Source: Cupriavidus necator (lineage in GTDB: Bacteria; Pseudomonadota; Gammaproteobacteria; Burkholderiales; Burkholderiaceae). Taken from it: a stretch of DNA of 32,000 nucleotides. The notes beneath the pieces were generated by a model. It saw only the letters and a program-made list of their open reading frames with translations, was not told the DNA's origin and made no database searches. Below are positions 18,593 to 26,888 of the stretch, piece after piece; the first letter of the stretch is position 1, and every line of letters begins with the position of its first letter. The stretch covers positions 90,001 to 122,000 of the forward strand of contig NZ_CP066018.1 of NCBI RefSeq assembly GCF_016127575.1, given 5' to 3'. Both the position numbers and the translations under genes were made by a program.

Positions 18593-18815
18593 TGTCCTGC
18601 TCCGCAGACAAAACGGCGCGCCGAGCTTCGTCGAAGTCGCGGGCGTGGTGCAGCCGGCACCGGCGCCGCGATTCCTCGGCACGCCTTCCGAGATCTCCGG
18701 CCCCGCGCCGGCGCGCGGCGAGCATGGCGCCGCCGCGCTGCGCGACTGGGGCTTCGATGCCGATGGCGTGGCACAGCTGCAGGCACAGGGCCTGGGACTG
18801 ATGGCAGAGCGCTAA
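18585..18815 (+). pseudogene. C-terminal fragment of a family-III (CaiB/BaiF, racemase-like) CoA-transferase
   Basis: RPSVLLRRQNGAPSFVEVAGVVQPAPAPRFLGTPSEISGPAPARGEHGAAALRDWGFDADGVAQLQAQGL...stop. The FVEV..G..QPAPAPRF..TP....PAP..GEH signature is the typical C-terminus of this family. There is no start codon, and the frame begins on top of the ligase stop codon. Confidence 0.7.
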
Positions 18816-18863
18816 GGCGCACACGCGCGGCAGGCGCCGCGCCGCACAACTCAATGTCCACCT

Positions 18864-18890
18864 GGCCGGCATCGTCCGGCCGCGTGTTTT
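18864..18890 (+). terminator. intrinsic terminator candidate T1
   Basis: GGCCGG-catcgt-CCGGCC followed by GCGTGTTTT. Confidence 0.45.
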
Positions 18891-18920
18891 GCTCCGGCCC
18901 CGAGCCGGAGCATTCTTTTC
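18891..18920 (+). terminator. intrinsic terminator candidate T2
   Basis: GCTCCGGC-cccga-GCCGGAGC (8-bp stem) followed by ATTCTTTTC. Confidence 0.6.
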
Positions 18921-19069
18921 ATGGCTGCCCCGCTGCGTGGCACCGCCACCCAGGGCAATCCCGCCCAGCCGATATGGGGGGCATGCAAGGTGCCGGGCAT
19001 CCTATAACTTCCCACATGCAGCCCTTCTTGCTGCGCAGTCTCCTACCCCCCTTCCCGAGGTATCACATC

Positions 19070-20038
19070 ATGCGCATGAAGTCCCTGATCGCGATGGCAG
19101 CGATGGCGTGGAGCGCCGCCTGCGGTGCCCAGAGCTACCCGTCGCGTCCCATCACCGTTGTTGTCCCGGGCCCGCCCGGCGGCGCCACCGACACCGTGGC
19201 GCGCGCACTGGCCGAGGACATGGGCAAGCGTCTCGGGCAAACCATCATCGTCGACAACAAGCCCGGCGGCGCGGGCGTGATCGCGGTGCAGGCCATCACG
19301 CGCAGCGCGCCGGACGGCTACACCATCCTGCTCACCCACTCCTCGCCGCTGATCAACACGCCGCACCTGTACCGCAACGTGCCGTATGACGTGCGCCGGG
19401 ACCTGGCCTTTGTCACCGAACTCTGCATCGCCAAGATCGTGCTGGCCGTGAACCGGGACGTGCCGGTAAAGAACGTGCAGCAGTTCCTCGACTGGGCCGC
19501 GAAGAACAAGGGCAAGGTCAGCTACGGCTCCTATGGCGTCGGCACCTTCCCGCACCTTGTCGGCGCGCACCTGAACCAGGTGCGCGGCCTGGACATGGCG
19601 CATGTGGCCTACAAGGGTGAAGCGCCAATGGCGCAGGACATGATCGCCGGCAATATCGCCTGGGCGATCGGCTCGATGAGCACGCTCGGCCCGCATATCA
19701 AGAGCGGCCGGCTTACCGCCCTCGCCGTGATGGGCGACAAGCGCATCAAGGAGCTGCCCGACGTACCGACCATGGCCGAGGCCGGGCTGAAGGAGCAGGA
19801 ACTGCGCTCGCCCGCCTGGCTTGGCCTGTTCGCGCGCTCCGGCACGCCGGCGGCGGTGCTGTCGCGGCTGGAAGCGGAAGCGCGGGCGTCGGTCCAGTCG
19901 CCGACCATGCGCGCGCGGCTCGAGGCACTGGCCATGGATCCGGTGGGCAACTCGCCGGCGGAGTTCCGGCGCGAATTCGACGCGACCGAGCCCGTGGTCG
20001 CCCAGATGATCAAGGCCAGCGGCGCCACCGCGGAATAA
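19070..20038 (+). CDS. Bug-family (TctC-like) tripartite tricarboxylate transporter substrate-binding protein
   Basis: Signal peptide MRMKSLIAMAAMAWSAACGAQ, then SYPSRPITVVVPGPPGGATDTVAR...NKPGGAGVIA, the hallmark Bug N-terminus. GAGG lies 9 nt upstream of ATG 19070. No tctA/tctB genes in the window. Confidence 0.9.
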   Translation: MRMKSLIAMAAMAWSAACGAQSYPSRPITVVVPGPPGGATDTVARALAEDMGKRLGQTIIVDNKPGGAGVIAVQAITRSAPDGYTILLTHSSPLINTPHLYRNVPYDVRRDLAFVTELCIAKIVLAVNRDVPVKNVQQFLDWAAKNKGKVSYGSYGVGTFPHLVGAHLNQVRGLDMAHVAYKGEAPMAQDMIAGNIAWAIGSMSTLGPHIKSGRLTALAVMGDKRIKELPDVPTMAEAGLKEQELRSPAWLGLFARSGTPAAVLSRLEAEARASVQSPTMRARLEALAMDPVGNSPAEFRREFDATEPVVAQMIKASGATAE

Positions 20039-20290
20039 GGCAAGCGCGCAGCCGGGTGGCCAGTGCGGTCAGCCCGGCCGCTGCAACGCGCTGCGCGGCC
20101 ACCAGGATCGCATCGTAGCGGCGCGACACATTGAGCTTGGCGTAGATCTGCCGCAGGTTCCACTTGACGGTGTCGACGCTCAGGTTGAGCACCAGCGCAA
20201 TGCGCTTGTTCGACATCGACTGCTCAAGCAGCGCGAGGATCTCGCGCTCGCGCCCGCCCCCATCGGCAACCTCGTCCGGATCGGGCGGGG
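20010..20290 (-). pseudogene. stranded LuxR-type HTH domain (3' relic of a MalT-like regulator)
   Basis: The minus-strand frame is open from 20414 to 20010 and reads ...GGGREREILALLEQSMSNKRIALVLNLSVDTVKWNLRQIYAKLNVSRRYDAILVAAQR... There is no ATG, GTG or TTG upstream of the Met inside the HTH (20216). The 3' end overlaps the Bug gene by 29 nt. Confidence 0.6.
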
Positions 20291-20566
20291 TTGGCTCCAG
20301 GAACAGGCCACGCGCGCACCACTGGCCGGCAGATATAAGGCGACGCCTTGTGACCGGGCACCCGGCAAACCCTCCCCCACCTGTTGCTGATGGCCTGCGG
20401 GTGCTGCGCGCGTCTCACCCGGGCCACGCGGACAGCCGGCCAGGCGTGGCTTGGCCGCCGCGCCGCGTCTGCCAGTACAATCGCGACAACGTGCCGCCTT
20501 TGCCCGGCATCGCGCTGCCCCACCCGCATTTCCTCCGCATCTCACCTGCACCGTCCTGCCTCGCCC

Positions 20567-23410
20567 ATGCCCCAGACGCCAGCCAATCCGCCAGCCGCCC
20601 CCCGCAGCCAGCCCGCCGCGCCAGTCTCGCAGCCGTCCCGGCCGGCGTCGCTGCGCAGCGCGGCGCGCGTGGTCGCGCGCGAGCGCCTGCTGGTGCAGTT
20701 GACCGAGGCACGGCGCCGGCGCTGCATCGTGCTGCAGGGCCCGGCCGGCTACGGCAAGACCGCGCTGCTGACCGCGTGGCGGCTGGACCTGCTCGCGCTC
20801 GGCTTCGACATGGCCGCGCTGACGCTGGAGCCGGCCGACAACGAGCGCCAGCGCTGGCTCGACCGCCTGCTCGGCTGCCTGTCCGAGGTCAGCCCCGCGC
20901 TGACGCGCGAAGCCATGGTCCTGGCCGACCGCGGCACCGACGACGAAGCCGTCGAGCGCGCCATCATCGCGCTGGTGCGCGGCATTGCCGCCCACCAGCG
21001 CGACGTGACCCTGGTGCTCGACGACGTGCACCACCTGACGGCGCGCGTGCTGGAGCCGCTGCAGTGGCTGCTCGACTATGCCCCGGCCAATTTCCATGTG
21101 GTGCTGGCCTCGCGCGTGGCGCTGCCGCTGTCGCTCGGGCGCCTGCGCGACCAGGGCATGCTGCTGGAGCTGGACCAGCGCGACCTGCGCTTCACGCTGG
21201 CTGAATCGCAGCATTTCCTGCGCGCCCAGCTGGGCGACATCAGCCCGCGCGATGCGCGCATGCTGCACGAGCTGACCGACGGCTGGGTGGCCGGCCTGCA
21301 GCTCTTTGCCGCGCACTGGAAGCGCAAGAAGGCCAACGCCAGCGGCCTCACCTTTGCCACCGGCTTCGTGCAGGCCAGCGTGCAGGATGCCGGCGCCTTC
21401 GCAGAATATTTCGAACGCGAGGTGCTGTCGCGCCTGGCGCCGGACGAAGCCGAGCTGCTGGTGCGCGCCGCCGCGTGCGAACGCTTTACCGCGTCGCTGT
21501 GCGAGGCCCTGGGCGAGCAGGCGCTGGGCGAAGGCGAGATCCTGGCGCTGCTGGCGCGGCTGGAACAGGAGAACCTCTTCATCACCCCGGCGCAGGGCCC
21601 CGAGCGCGAATCCTGGTACCGGTTGCATCCGCTGCTGCGCGAAACCCTGGCCCAGCGCTTCCGCTCGCGCAGCGATGCCCAGCAGCGCGCCGTGCACGCG
21701 GCGGCCTGGCGCTGGTTCCGCGACCATCGCATGCTGGAAGAGGCCGTGCGCCATGCGGTGCTGGCCGGCGACGCCGACACCGCCGCCGACCTGGTGCAGC
21801 GCTATGCCGACACCCTGATCATTCGCGGCGAGGTGCGCAAGGCGCTCGGGCTGCTGCGCGCCATCCCCGCCTACCAGGTGCAGGCGCGCCCCGAACTGCG
21901 CCTGCTGGCACTGCGCACGCAGATGTTCTCGCGCGAGCTGGACGCGTGCGCCGCGGCCGCGGACCGGCTCGAGGCCGACATCCCGCCGGGCGACGCCTCG
22001 CTGCGCTACCGGCTCGCGCTGCTGCGCTTTTCCCTGGTGCTGCTGCAAGACGACAGCCAGGGCGCGCTGGCGCTGCTGCCGCAGATCGAGAACGTGCCCG
22101 CCGACATGCCGGCGCTGTTTATCGGCTCGCGCAACAACCTGCTGTCGTGGCTCTACATGCACCTGGGCGACTACGAGCGCGCCCGCCGCATCCAGACCGA
22201 GGCAGCGCCGCTGGTGATCGACGGCGTGCCGCTGCTGGGCACCGCCAGCGGCATGCTCAACGGGCGCTGCATGATCGGCTTCAGCCATGCGCTGGAAGGC
22301 AACATGATCCAGGCCGAGCGCGTCGCCCGCGACGTGCTGCGCGAAGTCGAGCAAGCGGGCCACGGCGGCGCCGAGCCGGAGTACTTTGCCGCGGCCCTGC
22401 TGGGCGAGGCGCTGTACGAGCAGAACGACCTGGAGGCTGCACGCCGGCTGCTGGAGGACCGCGTCGACGTGCTCGAGCGGGTCTCGATCCCGGACTCGGT
22501 GCTGCGGGTGCACACCGTGCTGGCAGCCGCGCACTGGATCTGTGGCCACCGGCTCGATGCCTTCGTGCAACTGGAGCGGCTGGAAGACTACGGCACCCAA
22601 CTGCGCCTGGACCGGCTGGTCGCGCAGAGCCTGGCCAACCAGATCCGGCTGCACCTGGCCAGCGGCGACATTGCCGCCGCCGAGGCCGCGCTGGCGCGCC
22701 TGGATGCCATTGCCGCACGCCATCGCAACGCGCCGCGCGGCTCGCTGGACGCCATCCACATGGTGACCGAGCGCGCCCACCTGCTGCTCAGCCTGGCGCA
22801 TGACGACATGCGCGGGGCCGAGGCCCGCACCGCAGCGCTGATCGCGTACTGCGAGGCGCGCGGCTGGCAACGCCACGTGGCGCAGATGCACATGCTGGCG
22901 GCCGTGGTGGCATCGCGCCGCGGCGACGCCGAGGCGGCACGCACGCATGTGCTGGAAGGCTTGCGCCGCGGCCACCGGCTCGGGCTGATGCGCAGCGTGA
23001 TCGATGCCTGCCCCGGCGCGCTCGGCCAGATCGTGCGCGTGGCCGCGGACACCACGCTGGACCCGGTGCTGGCCTTCTATGTCGAACGCCTGCAGGCCAC
23101 CGTGCCGCCGCGCGCCGCGCAAGCCGGCGCGGCGGGCGGCACCGCCGCGGCTGCCGCGCCCGCCGGCAGCCCGGCCCGGGCCGACGCGCGCCTCGAGGAA
23201 CTGAGCGACCGCGAAGCCGATGTCGTGCGCCTGCTCGGCCAGGCCCTGCCCAACAAGAAGATTGCGCGCACCCTGGGCCTGTCGCCGGAGACGGTGAAAT
23301 GGCACTTGCGCAACATCTTCCGCAAGCTGGGCGTGAGCAGCCGCGACGAGGCCGTGGCGCGCGTCCGCGACCGCGAGCTGGACCAGGCGCCGCCTGACGC
23401 GCCGCACTGA
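20567..23410 (+). CDS. MalT-like STAND NTPase / LuxR-family transcriptional activator
   Basis: 947 aa: Walker [13 protein letters not shown], Walker [10 protein letters not shown], a long helical/TPR-like sensor region, and a C-terminal LuxR HTH ([45 protein letters not shown]). Start set at ATG 20567 (MPQTPANPP...). Confidence 0.85.
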   Translation: MPQTPANPPAAPRSQPAAPVSQPSRPASLRSAARVVARERLLVQLTEARRRRCIVLQGPAGYGKTALLTAWRLDLLALGFDMAALTLEPADNERQRWLDRLLGCLSEVSPALTREAMVLADRGTDDEAVERAIIALVRGIAAHQRDVTLVLDDVHHLTARVLEPLQWLLDYAPANFHVVLASRVALPLSLGRLRDQGMLLELDQRDLRFTLAESQHFLRAQLGDISPRDARMLHELTDGWVAGLQLFAAHWKRKKANASGLTFATGFVQASVQDAGAFAEYFEREVLSRLAPDEAELLVRAAACERFTASLCEALGEQALGEGEILALLARLEQENLFITPAQGPERESWYRLHPLLRETLAQRFRSRSDAQQRAVHAAAWRWFRDHRMLEEAVRHAVLAGDADTAADLVQRYADTLIIRGEVRKALGLLRAIPAYQVQARPELRLLALRTQMFSRELDACAAAADRLEADIPPGDASLRYRLALLRFSLVLLQDDSQGALALLPQIENVPADMPALFIGSRNNLLSWLYMHLGDYERARRIQTEAAPLVIDGVPLLGTASGMLNGRCMIGFSHALEGNMIQAERVARDVLREVEQAGHGGAEPEYFAAALLGEALYEQNDLEAARRLLEDRVDVLERVSIPDSVLRVHTVLAAAHWICGHRLDAFVQLERLEDYGTQLRLDRLVAQSLANQIRLHLASGDIAAAEAALARLDAIAARHRNAPRGSLDAIHMVTERAHLLLSLAHDDMRGAEARTAALIAYCEARGWQRHVAQMHMLAAVVASRRGDAEAARTHVLEGLRRGHRLGLMRSVIDACPGALGQIVRVAADTTLDPVLAFYVERLQATVPPRAAQAGAAGGTAAAAAPAGSPARADARLEELSDREADVVRLLGQALPNKKIARTLGLSPETVKWHLRNIFRKLGVSSRDEAVARVRDRELDQAPPDAPH

Positions 23411-23447
23411 CGGCGCAACCGCCCCCTCTCCCTCCCCCCTCCCCAAC

Positions 23448-23477
23448 GCCGCGCAACCCATGCGCGGCCGCCCCTTT
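23448..23477 (+). terminator. weak terminator candidate after the MalT-like gene
   Basis: GCCGCGCA-accca-TGCGCGGC (8-bp stem) followed by CGCCCCTTTG. The U-tract is poor. Confidence 0.35.
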
Positions 23478-23517
23478 GCTGTCTCCGGCCACCTGACGCG
23501 GGTGGTGTTCGCGGCCC

Positions 23518-23527
23518 CCTCCTCCCC
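23518..23527 (-). promoter_or_regulatory. MalT-box-like decamer GGGGAGGAGG
   Basis: The reverse complement of CCTCCTCCCC fits the E. coli MalT box consensus GGGGA(T/G)GAGG. It lies 77 nt upstream of the ACAD ATG. Related C-tracts occur at 23422-23444. Confidence 0.3.
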
Positions 23528-23603
23528 GGTACCTTAGCGCCATACCAACGGCCGCATTGCTGGGCTGAGGCAACCTTCCGCAGACCGACATCCGGAGTAC
23601 TCA

Positions 23604-24743
23604 ATGGAAATCAACCGCAGCATCTATCGTGACGACCACGAGATGTTCCGCACCACCGTGCGCCGCTTCCTCGAACGCGAATGCCTGCCCAGGCAAGCCG
23701 AATGGGACAAGGCCGGCAAGGTCGACCGCGAGACCTGGCTCAAGGCCGGCCGCGAAGGCCTGCTGTGCGTGACGCTGCCGACCGAGTACGGCGGCGGCGG
23801 CGGCGACTTCGGCCACTCCGCCATCTATGCCGAAGAGTATGCCCGCGCCGGCCTGAGCGGGGTCGGCTTCGGCGTGCACTCCGACATCATCGCGCCGTAT
23901 ATCGCCCGCATCGGCAACGAGGAACAGAAGCAGCGCTGGCTTCCCAAGGTCTGCTCCGGCGAATACATCCTCGCCATCGGCATGACCGAGCCCGGCACCG
24001 GCAGCGACCTCAAGGCGATCCGCACCACTGCCACCCGCGATGGCGACGAGTACGTGATCAACGGCAGCAAGACCTTCATCAGCAACGGCCTGAACGCCGA
24101 CCTGATCATCATGGTCTGCAAGACCGACCCGACCGCCGGCGCGCGCGGCGTCAGCCTGATCGTGGTCGAAGCCGAGCGCGAGGGCTTCCGCCGCGGCCGC
24201 AAGCTGGACAAGGTCGGCCAGCACGCGCAGGACACCGCCGAGCTGTTCTTCGACAACGTGCGCGTGCCGGTGGCCAACCTGCTGGGCGAGGAAGGCAAGG
24301 GCTTTGCCTACCTGATGGCCGAACTGCCGCAGGAGCGCCTGTCGATCGCGGTCAGCGCCGCCGCCAAGCTGGAGGTCTGCCTGGAACACACGCTGGCCTA
24401 CGTCAAGGACCGCAAGGCCTTCAGCCAGACCGTCTGGGACTTCCAGAACACCAAGTTCAAGCTGGCCGACATCAAGACGCAGGCGATCTCGGTGCGGCTG
24501 CTGGTCGACCACTACCTCGGCGAGCACATCCGCCGCCGCCTGACGCTGGAAGAAGCGGCCATCGCCAAGCTCCATGCGACCGAAGTTCTGGGCACCGCGC
24601 TGGACCAGATGGTGCAGCTGCACGGCGGCTACGGCTACATGATGGAGTACCCGGTGGCGCGCGCCTTTGCCGACATGCGCGTGACCCGCATCTACGGCGG
24701 CACCAGCGAAGTGATGCGCGATCTGATCGCGCGCAAGCTGTAA
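23604..24743 (+). CDS. acyl-CoA dehydrogenase (LCAD/IVD-like architecture)
   Basis: 379 aa; GMTEPGTGSDL, YVINGSKTFISNG, the C-terminal YGGTSEVMRDLIAR has Gly where MCAD has its catalytic Glu, and Glu is present in AELPQERL. GGAG RBS. Confidence 0.95.
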   Translation: MEINRSIYRDDHEMFRTTVRRFLERECLPRQAEWDKAGKVDRETWLKAGREGLLCVTLPTEYGGGGGDFGHSAIYAEEYARAGLSGVGFGVHSDIIAPYIARIGNEEQKQRWLPKVCSGEYILAIGMTEPGTGSDLKAIRTTATRDGDEYVINGSKTFISNGLNADLIIMVCKTDPTAGARGVSLIVVEAEREGFRRGRKLDKVGQHAQDTAELFFDNVRVPVANLLGEEGKGFAYLMAELPQERLSIAVSAAAKLEVCLEHTLAYVKDRKAFSQTVWDFQNTKFKLADIKTQAISVRLLVDHYLGEHIRRRLTLEEAAIAKLHATEVLGTALDQMVQLHGGYGYMMEYPVARAFADMRVTRIYGGTSEVMRDLIARKL

Positions 24744-24781
24744 GCACTGACCCCAAGACAAACAATCATCGGAGCACACCT

Positions 24782-25969
24782 ATGACTCGCAAGGTTTTCG
24801 TCGCCGGCGCCGGCATGATCCCGTTCAAGAAGCCGGGCAGCAGCGACACCTATGACGTGATGGGCGCAACCGCCGTGCGCCAGGCGCTGGAAGACGCCGG
24901 CCTTGGCTATGAGGACGTGCAGCAGGCCTACGCCGGCTACGTGTATGGCGACTCGACCTGCGGCCAGAAGGCGCTGTACCAGGTCGGCATGACCGGCATC
25001 CCCGTCATCAACGTGAACAACAACTGCGCCACCGGCTCGTCGGCGCTGTTCCTGGCGCGCCAGGCGGTGCAGAGCGGCGCGGTGGACTGCGCGCTCGCGG
25101 TCGGCTTCGAGTTCATGCAGCCCGGCGCGCTGAAGTCGCGCTGGGACGACCGCGCCCCGGCGCTTGAGCGCGCCATCGGCCTGGTGGACGAACTGGTCGA
25201 CCGCAAGGACCTGCCCAATGCCATCCGCCAGTTCTCCGGCGCCGGCAAGGCCCATATGGAAAAGTACGGCACCAGGCTGGAAACCTTCGCCAGGATCCGC
25301 GCCAAGGCCAGCCGCCACGCCGCCAACAACCCGCTGGCCGTATTCCGCAACGTGCTGACCACCGAGGACGTGCTGGCCGCGCCGGCGCTGTGGGAAGGCG
25401 TGCTCACGCGCCTGATGGCCTGCCCGCCAACCTGCGGCGCCGCTGCCGCCATCGTGGTGTCGGAGGAATTCGCGCGCAGGAAGGGCCTGAAGACCGACGT
25501 GCTGATCGCCGGCCAGTCGCTGACCACCGACCGCCCCAGCACCTACGACGCACGCGACATGATCCGCGTGGTCGGCTTCGGCATGACGCGCGAAGGCTCG
25601 CAGCAGGTGTATGAGCAGGCCGGCGTCGGCCCGCAGGACCTCGACGTGATCGAGCTGCACGACTGCTTCGCGCAGAACGAGCTGCTGACCTATGAAGGCC
25701 TCGGCCTGTGCCCGGAAGGCGGCGCCGAGAAGCTGGTCAACGACGGCGACAACACCTACGGCGGCAAGTGGGTGGTCAACCCGTCAGGCGGCCTGCTGTC
25801 CAAGGGCCATCCGCTGGGCGCCACCGGCCTGGCGCAATGCTACGAGATGGTCCAGCAGCTGCGCGGCACCGCCGACCAGCGACAGGTGGAAGGCGCACGC
25901 CTGGCCCTGACGCACAACCTCGGCCTGGGCGGCGCCTGCGTGGTCACGCTGTACCAGAAGCACGCCTGA
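24782..25969 (+). CDS. SCP-x-type (lipid-transfer-protein-like) 3-ketoacyl-CoA thiolase
   Basis: NVNNNCATGSSAL (nucleophile Cys), HDCF loop, GHPLGATG, GLGGAC. GGAG RBS upstream of ATG 24782. Confidence 0.9.
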   Translation: MTRKVFVAGAGMIPFKKPGSSDTYDVMGATAVRQALEDAGLGYEDVQQAYAGYVYGDSTCGQKALYQVGMTGIPVINVNNNCATGSSALFLARQAVQSGAVDCALAVGFEFMQPGALKSRWDDRAPALERAIGLVDELVDRKDLPNAIRQFSGAGKAHMEKYGTRLETFARIRAKASRHAANNPLAVFRNVLTTEDVLAAPALWEGVLTRLMACPPTCGAAAAIVVSEEFARRKGLKTDVLIAGQSLTTDRPSTYDARDMIRVVGFGMTREGSQQVYEQAGVGPQDLDVIELHDCFAQNELLTYEGLGLCPEGGAEKLVNDGDNTYGGKWVVNPSGGLLSKGHPLGATGLAQCYEMVQQLRGTADQRQVEGARLALTHNLGLGGACVVTLYQKHA

Positions 25970-25993
25970 GCACACTGACACAGGAGTCCATCC

Positions 25994-26431
25994 ATGATCG
26001 ACAAGAAACACATCGGCAAGGTGGTGGCGGATTTCCGCGCCTGCGCACCGGCCAGCCAGCTGCGCTTCTTCGCCAAGGCCACCGGCCAGACCGATCCGGT
26101 CTATCTCGACGAAGCCGCCGCGCGCGACGCCGGCCACCCGGGCCTGCCGTTGCCGCCGACCTTCCTCTTTTCGCTGGAACTGGCCGGGCCGGCGACCGGC
26201 TGGCGAGATGAGCTGGGCATCCGCATCGACCGCATCCTGCACGGCGAGCAATCCTTTGCCTACCACCGCATGGCCTACGCCGGCGACACCCTGCACTTCA
26301 AGTCCACCATCGCCGACATCTACGACAAGAAGGGCGGCGCGCTGGAATTCGTAGTGCGCGAGACGCGCGTGACCAACCAGGATGGCGAGCACGTGGCAGA
26401 CCTGCGCAGCGTGCTGGTGCATCGCACTTGA
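25994..26431 (+). CDS. MaoC_dehydrat_N-type hot-dog protein (non-catalytic hydratase subunit)
   Basis: 145 aa; FAKATGQTDPVYLDEAAARDAGHPGLPLPPTF, typical of the N-terminal half or partner of two-subunit (R)-specific enoyl-CoA hydratases (HadA/ChsH1-like). Confidence 0.85.
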   Translation: MIDKKHIGKVVADFRACAPASQLRFFAKATGQTDPVYLDEAAARDAGHPGLPLPPTFLFSLELAGPATGWRDELGIRIDRILHGEQSFAYHRMAYAGDTLHFKSTIADIYDKKGGALEFVVRETRVTNQDGEHVADLRSVLVHRT

Positions 26432-26445
26432 ACCGGAGAACCCGC

Positions 26446-26862
26446 ATGAGCAAACTAGGCTTCGACCAGGTCAAGGTAGGCGACACCCTGCCGCCGCTGA
26501 CGCTGGAGCCGGTCAACCGCACCACGCTGGCGCTGTTCGCCGGCGCGTCGAACGACCACAACCCGATCCACATCGACATCGATTTCGCACGCAAGGCCGG
26601 CAACCCCGACGTGTTTGCCCACGGCATGCTGGCGATGGCCTGGCTGGGCCGCTTGCTGACGCAGTGGGTGGACCAGCGCCAGCTGCGCCAGTTCGGCGTG
26701 CGCTTTGTCGGCATCACCCACCTGGGCCATCGCATCACCTGCACCGGCCGCGTGGTGGAGAAGCTGGAAGTCGACGGCGAGAAGCGCGTCAGGCTGGAAA
26801 TCCAGACCGCCAACCAGTATGGCGAAAGCAAGATCCTCGGCGACGCCGTCGTTGCCCTGTAA
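26446..26862 (+). CDS. MaoC-family (R)-specific enoyl-CoA hydratase, catalytic subunit
   Basis: FAGASNDHNPIHIDIDFARKAG (catalytic Asp/His motif). GGAG lies 8 nt upstream of ATG 26446; the TTG at 26428 is rejected. Confidence 0.9.
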   Translation: MSKLGFDQVKVGDTLPPLTLEPVNRTTLALFAGASNDHNPIHIDIDFARKAGNPDVFAHGMLAMAWLGRLLTQWVDQRQLRQFGVRFVGITHLGHRITCTGRVVEKLEVDGEKRVRLEIQTANQYGESKILGDAVVAL

Positions 26863-26888
26863 ATCCAATCAAGCACAAGGAGTCTGAA

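Noticed and set aside
18405-18815. 136-aa ORF treated as a real gene
   Set aside because: Its first two-thirds is an out-of-frame overlap with the 3' end of the acyl-CoA ligase. Only the last ~75 residues show CoA-transferase similarity, so it is annotated as a relic instead.
18938-18954. sigma-54-like TGGCAC upstream of the Bug gene
   Set aside because: The required TTGC(A/T) element 5 nt downstream is absent (the sequence is TGGCAC-cgcca-CCCAG).
18854-19069. 5' extension of the Bug ORF (track start at 18854)
   Set aside because: The extension contains the two terminator hairpins and has no signal peptide. A canonical signal peptide and a GAGG RBS fit the ATG at 19070.
20451-20481. TTGGCC-N19-TACAAT as the promoter of the MalT-like gene
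   Set aside because: The -10 is good, but the spacer is 19 nt and the -35 is weak. This is not strong enough to list as a feature.
20567-23410. STAND NTPase as a possible Avs-like antiviral defence protein
   Set aside because: Its C-terminus is a LuxR DNA-binding HTH rather than a nuclease, protease or other effector domain. The architecture equals MalT-type transcription activators. It sits directly upstream of a catabolic operon, and no other defence-type genes are nearby.
20180-23461. 1093-aa minus-strand ORF opposite the MalT-like regulator
   Set aside because: It is the antisense shadow of a gene with Walker A/B and LuxR HTH motifs. The protein is an Ala/Arg/Gly/Gln repeat-like sequence with no motifs.
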